Of a stretch of DNA of 64,000 nt, positions 38,984 through 54,500 are shown in pieces (the stretch's first letter is position 1; each line of letters begins with the position of its first letter). The notes beneath the pieces are model-generated. The model worked only from the letters and a program-made list of their open reading frames with translations. It was not told where the DNA came from and did no database searches. The DNA is from the human T2T-CHM13v2.0 reference genome, Homo sapiens, in NCBI RefSeq assembly GCF_009914755.1, contig NC_060935.1; one strand, given 5' to 3'. Both the position numbers and the translations under genes were made by a program.

Positions 38984-41123
38984 AAAATCTTTTATTTTTT
39001 TGGCCCATCCCTCAGAGCCTCTTCTTAAAAGATTCACATTGCATCTGTCTATGTATTTCAGGACCCATTTATTCATTTACTCATTCAATAAATGTTTACT
39101 GAGAACCTACTGTTCCAGGCTCTGTTCTTGGAATTGGGGACACAACAGTGAAAAAGACAAGTTTCAACTCTCTTGGATCATCTATTCTCATTATCAAGAG
39201 TGATATATAATAACATGTCAAGTAATTGTAAGGGCTATGAGGAAAAATAAAGCAGAGTGAGGGGTTAGAGAGTAACAGAGGCTGCTTTATCTGATAGGAT
39301 AGCTACAGAAACCTCCGGGGGATGTGGTCCTTGAACCTGTGACCGCGGGAATGGGGCTTCATTGTGGGCAGAGGGGCAAGTGCAAATGCCCTGAGATAGC
39401 AACATGTGCTCACAGATTAGCAAAGGGGCTGGCATGTAAGAGTGAGGGAGTAGGAGTCAAGGCAGGGATCTGAATGTGGGGATGAAGCAAGCATAAATGT
39501 CTTAACTCACTTAATGCATACTCCTCCAGAAACCCCTGAGCAGTTGGAGTGGTTGATGTTTCAGGTAAGCAGGGGGTGGAGGAACTTGGGGACCACAGAG
39601 CCCTTGAAAGCACTCATAATTCACAACCAACCCTGTGAATGGCTCTCTTTCCTACCAGATGCAAATCTTATGAGAGAAGGAATTATACTTTTTGGTTCCC
39701 TGCTGTGTCAGCTAACATGACATGTATCTGACTCCTACCAGGCACTTCATACTACTGTCTAATTGGATTGGACTCTAGCAGTCACAGCAGATCCCTGGCA
39801 TTCACTAAGTTAACAACAGTCATTTCAGCTGCTTATGAGCAATCTCAAATCAGAGCCTGCGTAGGAATTTCCTGGAAAAACAGCTACTAGGTGGGAGATC
39901 AGGTATGAGAGTCAAACAGGCAATAGATTTGGAGGATTAAGGCTATGCACTGGAAAACCCTGGCTCCAGATAAGGATAATATTTAGAAAAGTGCTAGGAT
40001 TAGGAATTTGCAAAGATCTCAGGATCCATTCCTTGTGAATATCAAGTGTCTACTCAATAAGTTTTTCCCACCTGAGAAACTCCTTAGGAACCAAGTGGCC
40101 TAACCTTGCCTCTCATGATGATATTACCTTAACTGTACTTACACTTGGCCATCTAAAATTGTAAGTACTTTATCTATAGTTTCACATTGTTGATTAGATC
40201 AGATTAATACAATTGGTTGTTGTCTTTCTTTTTTTTTCTGTGCAGTGAGAAGTCAATGAATGTTGTTGATTAAATGATAAATGACCTAAAACCTCAATAA
40301 AAGTGAAAAAAAGGGCTAGCATAATAAGAAACAGCTAAAATAAATAGTTCTCTCTTATAGCATTATTACTTTCACATTATTTTTAAAAATAATGTAACTA
40401 GTACTAAGCAGGGGTTGAAATAACTTGAAGAGCCAGAGAATAAATCCTTTCTCATATTTCAATAAAAGATTTTCATTCATTCATCCATCCATTCGTTCAT
40501 TAATTCTTTCAACAAATATTGTTAATCAAGCACTCTCTCCATGCTAGGCACTGTACTAGATGCTAAGGATAGAACATAAGACGGAGATTATAGTCAGCTT
40601 GGATGGAGACACAGACAAGGAGTTAGGCACTCTCACCATGCTACAGCTTCTTCTAAGAAACCATAGCAATATCCAGGCTCTCCTCCATGCTGCTCGTCTT
40701 AGAACCCCTGGGGAAATGTGTCTTCTGTTGGGAGAGTCAGCCTCAAGTTCAGTGCCAAAGCTACATGGACTCTCAGAGCTGCTTCAGTCCATTCCTGGTT
40801 TCACTGCAGCCCTTTTGATCACTTTCTCCCAATCATGCTTGACAAATGGACACAGATCACCTTTCTTGGTAGCAACGGCTGCCTTAGGGTACCTATATTC
40901 CTTTCCTGCCAGTTCTGCCAGGCATAGGATGAGCCTGCAGAGATATGGGGGCTGGCTTTGATCACCCCACTGGCTGCCTCACTCTAGGAAGTGGGTGTGA
41001 CTTACTGTCAACCCTCTCCCTTCCTCTGTCCATGCCACTGACATTACTTGGCTCCTTTAGGGAGCAGGGTCATTTAAATGCCATTTGATATGTTCCATTC
41101 TCTCTTCCCACTATCCAGCCCCC

Positions 41124-41469
41124 TGCCATATACTGAACGTGTCCCACCAAAATTCATATGTTGAAACCCTAATCCCCAAGTGATGGTATTTGCAGATGGG
41201 GTCTTTGGAAGGTTTTAGGTCATGAGGGTGAAGCCTTTATGAGTGAGATTAATGCCCTTAAAAGGAGAGATACAAGAGAGATTTCACTCTCTGTCATGTG
41301 AGGACATACCAGAAAGGTGGCTGTCTCTAAACCAAGAAGAGGGCCTTCATCAAGAGCTGACACCTACATCTCAGACGTCCCAGCTTTGGCACTGTGAGAA
41401 AGGAGTGTTTGTTATTTAAGCCCCCTAGTCTAAGGAAATTTGTTACTGAGGCCTGAGTTGACTAAGACA
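41124..41469 (+). mobile_element. MaLR solo LTR (MLT1A/MST-like)
   Basis: tgccata..aaattcatatgttgaaaccctaatcccca..gactaagaca, flanked by ccccc/gcccc. Confidence 0.85.
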
Positions 41470-42164
41470 GCCCCCAAGGAATGCTCTAGGGGAGTGGGAA
41501 AAAGGAATAAAGAAATAAATTATGAGTATCCATGATGTGCCAAGATCTGTGTCTAGCACTTTCTATACCTCATTCATTTCCTCTCTCAATAGCTCAGTCT
41601 GTAAAGTAAAGCCAATGGAGTTTTGAACCCTAGCTCCACTATTGATTAGCATGACTGTGGGCAAGTAACTCACAACTCCAAGGCCCAAGTGCCTGGAGAG
41701 ACAGAGTAGCAGGGTCATTACTAGCATACATCCTGTGTCTAAACCCAGCTCTGTGCTTGTAAACTTGGTGGCCTTGGCAAGCAACTTCATCTCTATGTAT
41801 TTCAGCTCCTTCTTCCCCAAAATGGAATGATAACAGCAGCACCCAGGACAATAAGGGTTGTTGTGAAGTCTAAAAAGCTAATATAAGTAAGACACTTTGA
41901 GTAGTAAAGAACTCAAGGTAAGAATAAGCAATTATTTTACATCTTCTTGTTGAATATTTTTAAAAAGTGTAACTTGAGCACAGTGTTTGGCAGGAAGAAA
42001 CACACATCAAAGTCTTGCTGTTATTGATATGATTTTATTATTTTAATAGTAATATCATTACTTTTATTGCTATTGCTATTGTTACTTTCAGGCTTAGAGG
42101 TGATAGGCCCGCTATCTTCTCTATGGAAGTACTCGAAGAGAGAATGACAAAGCACAAGTGCTCC

Positions 42165-42510
42165 AGCTCCTTGTCACCAAAGTATGGGCTGGGATCCTGC
42201 AGCATGGGCATCATTTGCAAGCTTGTTAGAAGTGCAGAAGCTCAGACTTCGGCCCTGACCTATGACTCAGATCTGCATTTTTAACTAATCCTCCCAGGTA
42301 AATCAAGGACAAGTTTATGGTTGAGAAGCACTGCTCTGGCACATTGGTTCTCAGCCTCGGCTTCCCATTAGAATCATATTTGAAACATACTGATGCCTGG
42401 GCCCCCATCCCCTTGCCCCCCCGCCGGAAATTCTGTTTTAATAGGCAGGAGTACAAGGGTTTAAAAGCTCCCTGAGTGACACTAACATGCACTGAGGGTT
42501 GAGAACCACC
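42165..42510. mobile_element. Two adjacent MER5-type elements
   Basis: atctgcatttttaactaatcctcccagg..ttgagaagcactg; cattggttctcagcc..gggttgagaaccac. Confidence 0.7.
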
Positions 42511-45500
42511 CATCTAGCATTTGGTCCATGGGGAGTTTGGCTGCAGGCGCAGATGGGAGTCTAGTTTGTTCAGCAACTGCCAGTGAGAGTTCTGGTTTGT
42601 TTTGCTTCTTTTCAGGCCCCAAAGGAAGTGGAAGTACAAAGGGACATGAAGAGGGCACATTCTTCTCTCCCCACACCCACCCTTCCCCCGTCTTCATTCC
42701 AGCTAAAAGGACACATGACAAGGCTGGGACAGGCTTGTCGGCCAACGTTTCTGTTTCTCTGTGTTGCACTTCACAGCATCCAAGCTGTACTGGCTGGCTG
42801 TGTCTCTCTCACTCAAGTCACTGTGCCAGCTGGGCTTGGCTTTTCTGTGGTAGAAGCTTGTTCTTCCTTGAAATGAGGTCCTTCTCTTGCTTTTCTGTTT
42901 TTGCCCACTGCTCACAGCACCCAGATGTTGCTTGGTTGGAGAAAACTCGACCAGAGATCTCCTCTCAACCTCTCATGTGAGACTCTTGATGCCTGGTGGG
43001 AAATCCAAAATCCCAGCAGGCTCTTGCAAGTTATCTAAGTGAGTGTTGCTGTCAGGACAATGGCTCCTGCCTCATCATAAGGCCAAGGACTTGGACAGTG
43101 GGGGTGACTGTTGTTATGTGGGGATGAGGGCCATGTGGCTGCCATTTTTTGAATATTCAAGAGAAGCTTTGAACTTGGAATTTTATTTTAAAATCTTTAG
43201 GTTTTTCAATGTTGGCAGCTAATTCAAAAAACTTACAAGCGCTACTGGCCAAATTGACCTGCTGGCCCACTGACCTCTGAAACATTCCCTGCTTTCTAAA
43301 TGACCCATTTGGGTTGGGAAGTTGCCCCAAGCCATGGAGACTAACTTAAATAATCTCACTCTACTTCTGGCACTGGTAGAAAAGGTAAAACACCTGGGGT
43401 CTTCTGAGTCATGTGTCCAAAGTTTTTAATTCAGGTGACTTGTTCTGGGCTTGTTAGTCAGGCAGATCCTCTGCCAAAGGAATGCCCTCCTATGCCCAGG
43501 CCCATAAGTGGCTGTTTCTAATGGCACCATCCAAGTCCTCTGTGTGTCCTGGGGTCGCAGTGGACCTCTATGTCTGACCTGGGGTCAAATATTGTAGGAG
43601 TTGTGCAGAGTATGTCATATTGCCCTGGGAGAGCTGAACACATGGGAAGAAAGAAAGGCTTACACTCTTCAGTCTTCTCCCTCCCCTCCTCTCCTCCCTC
43701 CCCTGAATAATAGAGAGCCAAGCATTTGACAGAGCTCCTTGTTCAATGCTGCCATGTCTCTGCTAGTGATCAAATGTTTCTCCCTCAATATTCTCTTTAT
43801 ACAAGATGATGTGACGTGAGTTTGTTGCTAATATTAGATTTGCAACAGATGCCCTCATTGTTGGGTCCTGGGTACATGCAGAGCAGATTAATAATCCAAA
43901 GACAAAGGCCTCAAATGCCCAGTGACTTTAATAACAAAACTTGCTGCAAGGGACAAGGGCTCACTCTGCACTGGGCAAGGTGAGGGGGACGGGCCTGCAA
44001 AAGGCCCAGAAACTGAGTCCACCATCTAGATGCCATTGGAAACGTAGGCGGAGCTGTTGGTGGGAGGTGGAAGGAAGCACCAGGAAGAGGCATCTTCAAG
44101 GGGTCACAAGCAATAATATTCAGGTCTATGGTGAAAATGACAAGTCATCTAGTCACTGCTGGTGGCCAAAATTTGGACCCAGGGGAACCAGGTAGCAAGC
44201 CTAAGAATTCAATAGATATGTCAATGGACATAGACGGTTCCTTCTGCTCCTTTTCATTTTTCTTAATAAAGCCTTTTTAGACAAATCGTAAACCTCCATG
44301 GTTACAAACCAAGAACCTCCTGGGTCTAACTAAGCATGAACCACTAGGATTTTCTGCTCCCCTCCTGCTTCATCTTCAGAATACTGTCATCTCACCTCTA
44401 CAAGGGAAGGTGTTTCTTAATATCTACCAATGTGCTTTTTTTTTCTAATTTTACTTAGTTGCCTGAACCTTATGGAAGTTAACATTGCAAACCACGAAAG
44501 AGAATGTGTCTATCTCTCTTTGTTGCCTCCTACACATAGGCATTTTCTTAAGGAGTGTTCCTCTGCCCACAATGATCCCACTGCTATTGCATTGGAAAAC
44601 TGCCTGAGACTTAATCAAAGTCAATGGATCAAGGGTATTTTGGTCTTAGGGAGTTGTACTGGAAAGGTTCTGTGCTTCAGAGGTCCTATCTTGATTTGGA
44701 ATTGAATTGTCAGGTTGCATCCTGAAGCTAACCAGTTTATAAACTGAATTTACTCTTTCTGAAATTATAAACCAGAGCCCTAAAATACTTGTCTTGTAAG
44801 TTCCAGATTTTCATAATTCTGTTTTCTCTAAGTGAAACTCTGCCCATCTACTTATAGAGATGAAAGAAAGGACTAGCATTTATTGAGTTTTGCTATAGGT
44901 TAGATGCTTCATATTGGTTATCTCATTTAATTCTCATGTCAATAATACAAAATAGGTATTACTATTCCCATTTTACAGATGAGGAATTTGAGGCTCAGAG
45001 AGCTCAAATAGCTTGTAAGTGGCCGAGCTCAAATTTAAACCAAAACCTCCTGATGCCAAGACCTGTGGTTTTTCCATTTGTCTGTCTTTTTGTTTGGGAG
45101 TCTTTTATAATTCCCTGATGCTGTTACATGTCAACTAAGACAGACACATACAGACTTAGAGATGGGACTAAATGTTTTCCCTATTTTTTTCTACCAATTA
45201 AAATAAATAGCAATTGTTTTAACTCATAAGTAATTACAATGAAATTGTTACTTAGGCAGGTGTATTTCTGAAATAAATGTATAAAGTTCTGTGTTGAAAA
45301 TAGAGATGACCTGGTGGTAAGCTGAGATTGTGGGTTCCAGGATGGCTGAGACCATGTTTTATACCCTCTGTGGCCCCAGCAATCTGCACTGAGCCTGGCC
45401 TGTGGGGTCCACTCGGTATTTGCTGAATGAAGGAATAAGTTTCTCCTCTATCCACATCCATATTGATGTGAAGTCTGATATTAGTTTTTTCTATTTAATG

Positions 45501-46894
45501 TGGTAAAAGACCCAAAACATCAAACTAATCATCCTAACCATTTTTTAAATGTTAAGTATATTCACATTGTTGTGAAAAAGATCTCAAGAACTTTTTCATC
45601 TTGCAAATTTCAATTTCTATACCCATTAAACAACAACTGCTATTATTTTTAAACATCATCCACATTTAGCTTTACTAGAAAGAAGACAGCTCTGCCCACA
45701 TTTCAGGTAAACATGACTCAACCTCCTGCTGCTTATGCATCAGCAACTCTCTTGACTCAGTAAAACACTGTCTGCCACCCACACATGGGTTCAGCCAGGC
45801 AGGCTCTCTTTGATTTGGTCATTGTTAGAAAAAAAAATCAGGCATTCTAACCCCAATAGGAACTACTCCTCAGCTTCCTCACCTCTCCTGGTAATCCAAA
45901 CTGTATTAGCTTCCTAATCATTTGGCAATTCCTTATATGTGCTAGAGAGACAAGAGAGGAGAGCCAAAGAAGTAGCTCTAGGGGTCTAGAAATTAATTGT
46001 TATTCTAGTTTGTGAATGATGTTTCAACATATCTCATAATTAAGTATGATTTTCCACCATTCCCATTGTCTTTCCAGAGCTTCTCCGCCTAAATTATACT
46101 TCTCTGCAACACAACACACAGTACTTCCCTTATCAGAGCATTTCTCATGCTGTATTGTAATTGCTTGTCTGTCTGTCCTCCGTACCATACTTCAAGTTCT
46201 GTGATGCCAAGGTCTGTGTCAGTCTTGCACTGTAATGAAGATGGGTATAGCATGAACTCAATGTTACAGAACTCACTAGCTGCATGAAGGTTTCTCTGCT
46301 TTGCTCTGCCCTAGTCTAGGGCAAAGCCACTTGCAAATAATTAGCTAGCTTGTGTTTTCTCTTCTGGTTGCCCACATGACACTGAGAGGTGCTGGCCTGA
46401 GTGCCAGGAGAGCAGGAACTAGGCTAAACTTTGCTTCCCTTAAATACCCAGCATCTAGTGCCATTGCTGGCTCATGGTAGATGTTCAAAAAACATTCTGA
46501 GGATGAATGAATGAATTAGAGCAATGAAGACCCAAATGAAGTTTCATAAAGAAAGTTTCTTTCATTCATCTACTCACTCACTGTATTAGATGCTTACTCT
46601 ATAGTAGGCACTATGTTCATGACTAAGGGGAAAGGTAGCAGTTACGAAACGGGGTTACTGGCTTAATAGGCATAATTAGAAGGGGCTCTTAACCTCATAG
46701 AGGGGAGGAGGGAGTAAAGTTGAGGACATGCTTGTCAGGAAGGTGAGTGATTGAGGAAGTGATGGTCAGCTAGACTATTGGGAAAAAAAAAAAAGCTAGA
46801 TGAAATGAGTGAAGGGATGAGAATGGGTGGTGAGAATTCCAGGACAAGGGAAGTAGTTTATGATGCAAAGTTTCAAAGACTAGAGAGAGCATCA

Positions 46895-47190
46895 GGCTGA
46901 GTTCAGTGGCTCAAATCTGTAATCCCAGCACTTTGGAAGGCCAAGGCAGATGGATCGCTTGAGCTCCGGAGTTCCAGACCAGCCTGGGCAATATAGCAAA
47001 ACCCTGTCTTTACAAACAATACAAAAATTAGCTGATGTGGTGGCACACGCTTGTAGCTGCAGCTACTAAGGAGGGTGAGGTGAGATGATCAATTGAACCC
47101 ATGACATTGAGGCTGCAGTGAGTTGTGACTGCACCATTGCACTCTAGCCTGGGTGACAGAGAGACCCTGTCTCAAAAACAAAACAAAAGA
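46895..47190 (+). mobile_element. AluJ
   Basis: Diverged full Alu dimer. Confidence 0.9.
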
Positions 47191-49024
47191 GAGAACACTG
47201 TGCATTCATGGAAATATAAGAAGCTGAGCGTGTGGGCAAGGTGGGAGTGGAGAGAGATGAGGCCTGAGAGGGAAAGGCCAGGTCTCTGGGGTCATGGAAG
47301 TCAGCTAGTATGTCAGGCTGCATCCCAAGGTAAATGGAGAGTGATTAAGTGCTGTAAGGGTAGGGTGACATCATCAGATTTATGTTAGGAAGTCATCCCA
47401 GCTGGAGAGTGGATTAGAAGGGATGACGGGATAAAAACTGGGCATGACAAATGAGGATGGCTTGGTCAAAGGTGTGATGGTAGAGATGCAATTATCATCA
47501 GAGCAGTGAGGCAGGGGAAAGAAGTGTCTAGTTGGGCTCATATTTTTAAATAACTTTGGACAGAACCAACCAAACCACAGAAGTGCATGTCAAATGTTTT
47601 ATTCCACATCAACCATTACTTTTCATCCTCAAGCCTTTGCTGAAGGCTATGGAACCCAGCTTTGGCTGGGTCTGAGTGCAGAGACCTAAGAGGATCTGGT
47701 TTGAAACCTCTTTCCCTGTGAGAAGAGAGTCAGTGACCAAATGTAGAGACAGCAGTGAATTATTGATGGACCTACATGTTTTACACATACAGATGCTGCT
47801 AAAGACAGTTTTCCCCTAAAATCAGCAGTTAGCAAATGTTTTAATTAGATCAAGGCATTCCTACCTTGTAGGTTGTTCCAGAATCTTGGGGTGAGAACAT
47901 TTGTAATTTGCAAAAGTAATATTTTATCTGTGGAAGGCAAGCACATGGAAGAAAAATCTATTGTCTTGTACTATAAACTAAAGAAAATAAACAAAATCAT
48001 CCTGGCTGTGGGATGTACAAATGTTCAGTGTTATATGTGTGTCAGTCACTGATAGAGGGCTGGGGAAAAAACTAAAGTCTGCCACAGGGACTGAGTGGCA
48101 GAGATATTTATGCTTATCAGAGGTGGCGGGCAGGCATCAAGAAATTTTGAGAAAGTGAATTAAAGTCTTATAAATACTTTAGTCATAAAGGCCAATGATG
48201 ATTGTATTATACTTTCTGCATTTGTTAAAATACAACATAATCATATTTGGCATCTAATCACTCCAGATTTTGTGGTAGCCACTGGGATCCACCAACCACC
48301 TTTGTCCCTAGGAGCACATGATTTAATAAAGAAGACAGATACAGGGACCATTAACACTCTACCATGATAAGTATCATAATAGATAAATGTTTAAAGAACT
48401 CAGAGAAGAGAGGGATGGATTTCTAGTTGTTCAACTGTGTTTATATATCTTTATGGTAGACATCATAAGTCAACATTGGGGAACCCTATATTCAACCTTA
48501 TAAAATAATGTAAATATTTTTAAAATCCTGTAAAACCTATAATCCTCCCAGCATCCCAGGAGCAGCATTGTCCCTGTGGGAGGACTTGATTGAAGCCTAC
48601 AAGGATGAGATGACTGAGATACTAGTACCAGATGATCAGGGTCATCATCCAGATCAAAGGGGACTTCAAGTCTAGCCTCTTCTGTGACATCACACTAAAT
48701 GTGTCCCCTCCTTTTTTTAAAAAAACTAAGATACAAACTTTGGTTTCATTTCTGGGACCAAACATAGTCAACATTTTCCGGAATTAAAACCTGTAAGAAA
48801 TTTGTTCTTAAGTTCCAATGTATAATCTCTTGAAGAGCTTCCTTCTTTATGGGCTCACCTTACAGATGCGCTGTGAGTTAAAAGAAAAGGCCAGGCTTGG
48901 GAAGCAGAGAGACCTGTTTCAAATCTGTCTTAGGACTCACTGGCTGTGCCAGCTTAGGCCAGAATCAACAGGCTCTGGTCTCAGTCCCTGTAGTGGCACA
49001 CTGGGGAAACAGATGACATCGTAA

Positions 49025-49630
<606 letters not shown>

Positions 49631-50499
49631 TAGAACAGAAATATGAAATTGCAATGCCAATCATAAGCATAAGAATTATTTCATCAAACTTTTCTCATTA
49701 TGGGCCTTCTCAAAAAGTGTTTGAAGGCCTCTGGCCTATAATACCCTGAGTAATATGACCCCTGCCTCCTCCTTTAGCCCCACTTCCCATCATCCCCCAC
49801 GCGGTTCTCCGCGCTTTACCCACACTAGCCTTCCTTAAATTCCTCCAATACATCATGTTCCCTTCTGTGGGAGACCACTTAGCACATGGTTTTCCTCCTT
49901 GCCTAGTTAATGTCATCCTCCAGGTCTCAGCTCAGATGCCACTTCTTCAGGCAAACCTTCCCGGATTACATCCTGAACCCCTGTAGCTGTCAGGGTCTCA
50001 CAGATCTGTGTTCAGTTTTTAGTTATCCCTTTAATAGCATGTTTCCTCGGTTAATGACAAACTTTCCCACTAGGCTGTCTTTGTGACCGCAGGAGCCCTG
50101 CTCTTGTTTACCCCTGTGGTAATCCAGTGCCTATCTCAGGCTGGCACCTAGGCATTCAGAGGGATAAATGAAGGAAAGAATTGGCCAACCTGTTGACCAA
50201 TGACGTTGGCTGGCCTCCTTCCTTGCTTGGTATCGGTTTTGTTTCTAACACTTGCACCAAGAAAACCACACAGGGTTATACTGTCTGCCTAGTTTAGGAA
50301 CTTCCTTTAACAGTATTTCTTTACTCTCTGAGTTTCTGGTGAGCTAAAAAAACATAACAAAAAACAAAAAACTCCATCAAAATTGTATGCGTGTGCTGGT
50401 CGTTGAGTACTTCGGTGGAGAGTGGGAGACGCATCTTCATGAAATTTCAGAGGGGAACTCTGCCCATCCACTCCGAACCAGCCGCAGCTCCACGAGCAT

Positions 50500-51500
50500 C
50501 TCACGCCACCCCTCTGCATCACCAGGGCGGCCGTGGGGCGCGCGCGATCAGCAGGCTTCTTGGCGCCCAGTCCATGCGACTATCTCTTCCCAGGCCCGGG
50601 ACTAGGCCCGCCCCACTCGGATTCTCCACTCTTGGTAGCGCGCGTCCCCCGGACTGCTGAGACCAGGCGGCGCGGAGGCAGGTGACCCGCGTCTCCAGTC
50701 CCGGGCGCAGCCCAGGGTACGTTGTCAGCATCGCGGAGCGCGGCCCTGGGCCTCTGCAGCCATCTTCAGGGAGGGAGGCGCGGCCTCCCGACGCGGACCC
50801 GCCCCCGCCGCCCGGGCCGCCCCGCCCGGCTCCGCAGAGCGCCGCGCCTAGGTTGCGACTTCCCTTCCCTACCCTGCTCGGCTGCGTAGTGCGCTCCCCG
50901 CCCAGCCTGCAGAGCTCGCGCCGCGGCAGCCCAGCCGCTCGGCCCCGCCGCGCTCGCAGAGGCCGCCATGGGCACCGCGCGCTGGCTCGCGCTGGGCAGC
51001 CTCTTCGCCCTGGCTGGGCTGCTGGAAGGCCGGCTCGTGGGCGAGGAGGAAGCCGGCTTTGGCGAATGTGACAAGTTCTTCTACGCCGGGACCCCGCCTG
51101 CGGGGCTGGCGGCCGATTCCCACGTGAAGATCTGTCAGCGCGCGGAGGGTGCTGAGCGCTTCGCCACCCTCTACAGCACCCGGGACCGCATCCCCGTGTA
51201 CTCCGCGTTCCGCGCCCCGCGCCCTGCGCCCGGCGGCGCCGAGCAGCGATGGCTGGTGGAGCCGCAGGTAAGCGAAGTGGTTCCCGAGCCGGGCTGCGGG
51301 CGCCGGAGACCGTGCCGCTGGACTTGCCCCCAGTTGCAGCTACCGCGAGGGGCGGGCCGGGAACAGCAATCCCTACGCCTTCGGTGCCTTGGGCCAAGAA
51401 ACCCGGGTTCCAGGTCCACCCTGTTGCGTCCCCGGAGTTTAGCCTGCCTCGCCCCCTGTCGAGGCTACAATAAGAGCCTGGCGATCTGCGAGCCTTCACT
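50500..51500. promoter_or_regulatory. CpG-island promoter of ENDOD1
   Basis: Very high GC/CpG content; GC boxes (cccgcccc at ~50607, ~50797); CCAAT and TGACGT at ~50197-50206. Confidence 0.88.
50968..51267 (+). CDS. ENDOD1: Endonuclease domain-containing 1, coding exon 1 (100 codons; intron runs beyond the window)
   Basis: Strong Kozak gccgccATGg; signal peptide MGTARWLALGSLFALAGLLEG; family motifs ICQR, FATLYSTRDRIPVYSAF, WLVEPQ; phase-0 donor CAG|GTAAGC at 51268. Confidence 0.95.
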
Positions 51501-54500
51501 TCATGAGCTGCAGGGGCGGGAGGTCCCCTGTGGGAGGAGGTTCTCCCTGCATTTCTGAGCAGACATCCGCAGTGTTTCATTCCTGAATGGTGAAGAGCTT
51601 GATACAGAGACCCTGGAGACCGTTCAGATCCGCAGAAAGCCTAGGCTGGGCGCTCACAGGCCTTCGTGCAACTTATTGCCATAGCACTCATTTGGAGGTG
51701 GGTAGGTGGGCATTTTCATCCCCATTTTACAGAAGAGGAGATAAACCCAGGGGGTGAAGAGACATATGGAAGACTACCCAGTTAGTAAGATGGGGCAGGT
51801 CTCTGTCTAGAAATTCACTGCCTTTTCTACTAAGTAAAGCTTCTCTTCTGCAGAGCTCATCCTAGCCTGAAAATCCTTCCTCTACCACGGCGTTGAGTAA
51901 ATTCGATCTGCGGTTGTGTTGAATTAGAACAATGAAATAAAGATACAGATTTTTAGAAACGCAATGGGGTAGTTAAAAATGATAGGGAAACATTGACTAC
52001 CTCCAACTGATGGAAAGATAAGGCCAGTTTTTCCTGACTCCTCATATCTATATTATCATACCACTAGGAAATCGTGTCACCTCTCATGGTGTTCTGTCCC
52101 GTCTGGTAAAGGTGACCAAACACTTGAGAAGCCCTCAGAGTCTTCCGAACCTGCTGGCCTGCTCTTAATACCTCTCCTCAGTTGGCCTCCTCTCTAGAAC
52201 ACCCTGCCAGACTCCCCTTTGCCCTCTCACCAGCCTCCCACCCCTGCCCAGGCTGCTGGGGGAAGAACTGACCCAACGCTCTCCCTTTCCTGACGGCCAC
52301 AGCTGCCCAGGACCACACCAGTGGACAGGAGGCTGGCTTTCAGGTGCTTTATTCAGAGCCTGTGGGTTGTAATCTCATTCAGATATTTCTAGCTCTGAGG
52401 TCTTGGCCAGGTCTCAAACAATCTGCACCTAGTTTTCTTATCTTCCTCACATCCTTCCACCTACCTCAACTGTTGATAACACTTGTCGAGATCAGGCATG
52501 TGAAAAAGACGTTGTCAGTTGCACACACAAGACACATTTAAATCCAAAATTAGTTTTCCACCAGCTGCACCCCTAGAGCTCACAGGGTGTTCCCCACCTC
52601 TCATCTTGCATTGTGATTGTGTGCCTGCGAAGAAAACAAATGAGCTAGTTCTTTCCCCTTGATCTCATGGACAGCTTGGGGAGACAGAACATACGTCTGA
52701 GGAAATCATGGGAATGGATGCTAAACAAATTTCAGTTAAATTCAGAACACATTTAGTGACTCCTGCTGTGTGCCAGATATTTGGGATACCAAGAGATCTG
52801 AGTGCAGTTCTGGAACAAAGGCTACCTGATCTGCAGGTGGAGTTTGCTGGGTGGAGAGGTGGTGTAGTATCTGATTAGAGCCATGCTATGTGGGTTCATA
52901 TCCTAGTTGCTCCACTGACTAGCTATGAACTTGGGCAGGTTAAATTGGAGATAATAGCATAGGGTGGTGTGAAGATTTAATGAGTTACCATATATAAAGT
53001 TCTCAGGTGTGTGACACATGAGTACTAAGTACTAGCTGTTGCTATGACCTAAGCAAAAAACCATAATTTAATAAAGGTGAACAAAGTCCTATTAGATTTA
53101 ATCTGTCTTTGAGGTGATGGAAGCAAGCCTTAGGGTCAGGATGACATTTCTGCTGTGTGTGGAAAGATAAGGCAGAGTTTAGAAGGGAGGCAAGGAGGAG
53201 GACATTTCAAGCAGAGGGAACAAACATCATGAGTGAGAAAGGCATGGCAGATTCAGGGATTTGTGCGTGAAGAAGTTGGAACAGGTAAACTAATACAAAT
53301 AGATGAATGCACTCAATTGCTCAGAATAAAAAGGAATCATGGAAGGGAGGGATCAGGTGGGGAGGAGCCACCAAGGAAGGCTTAGGGAGGCAGAGCCATT
53401 TATGCAGCTAGGGAGGGAGTGAGTCGTAAAGGAGCATAGTTTGACAGAAAGAAGTACAGGGAACCAGGTAACATGGAGACCCTGGGTGAGATAATGAGGA
53501 AGGGGACTGTGGAGATTAAAGAAGATGGGAAGGGAGGGTGGAAATAGTTACAAATGGCAGCTTGAGAGGTAAGATGTACAGCGGTTCTGAAGAGTACAAG
53601 GGGCCTGAGTTACTGCTGTGCTGAGAGGTCAGAATGGTCACTGTGGCTGAGCACTGCAGGATGCTTTTCCCTGCAAGGTGGTTGGCCTCCCACACCCACC
53701 CGCTCAACCTCAAGTCAAGTCAGCCAGGATCCAGAGAGTATTGGGAGAGAGGGAGGGAGGAGGAGGTGTGAGGTGCAGCTGGGCCTGGAGTGCACTGCAG
53801 CAAACCTGCCCCCACTGTTGCCTGCTCCCTGAGGCCCTGCCTCCCAGCCAAGATCCCCACTGCAGAAAGATGCTCAGGGCTCAATGTGTACCCTTGGCGG
53901 CTTCCAAGCATTTTATAATGCTGAGTCTCCTTGTACCCACATCACCTTTTTATGAGGTCAGTGTTACCAAGAGGACCCGCACACAGGGGAGGAAGAGGCA
54001 GGAGACCAAAGGAACTCAGTGCTTGCCTCCAGTGATGAGTCAGGCAGGGCAGCAGTGACACTGAATTCCCAAAGCCCAGTTCAGCAGCTTTTGAGTCCAC
54101 ACTGCAGTTTCCCTTTGAAAAGAATCTCCTAAGTCAAAGATCACAGAAACTTAGTCACTCTTGTGCTGAAAATCTGTAAAGTGTTGCCTGCCCAGCCCCT
54201 ACAGGACAAAGTTCACACTGCAGAATGCAGTTTACAGGCTCTCCATAGCCTAGCTCCTGTCTCCAGCTCCAATCTAGTTTCTCACCATGCTCCACCCTCA
54301 TATTTTATGTTCTAGCATTATCCAGCTGCCTGGAGTTCCTCTCATAAACCAGACTGTTTGTGATGTCTGTTTCTTAGCTCATGCTGATTCCCTTTGCCCA
54401 AATTCCCTTTCTACACAGACCCCATCTTATCCTTCACTTCCTGCCCTTACTCCATCCTTTAAGACTCTGCTGAGGTGTCACCTCCTCCAGAAAGAATTCC

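Noticed and set aside
40560-42980. 133-aa (40560) and 150-aa (42528) ORFs
   Set aside because: No recognisable homology or exon context; lie in or next to L2/MIR/MER5 remnants
51268-51558. Read-through of ENDOD1 exon 1 to 196 aa
   Set aside because: Consensus donor CAG|GTAAGC at 51268, and family similarity ends at WLVEPQ
50519-51580. 353-aa antisense ORF and other ORFs in the ENDOD1 CpG island
   Set aside because: GC-content artefacts with R/A/G/P-rich translations and no recognisable domain
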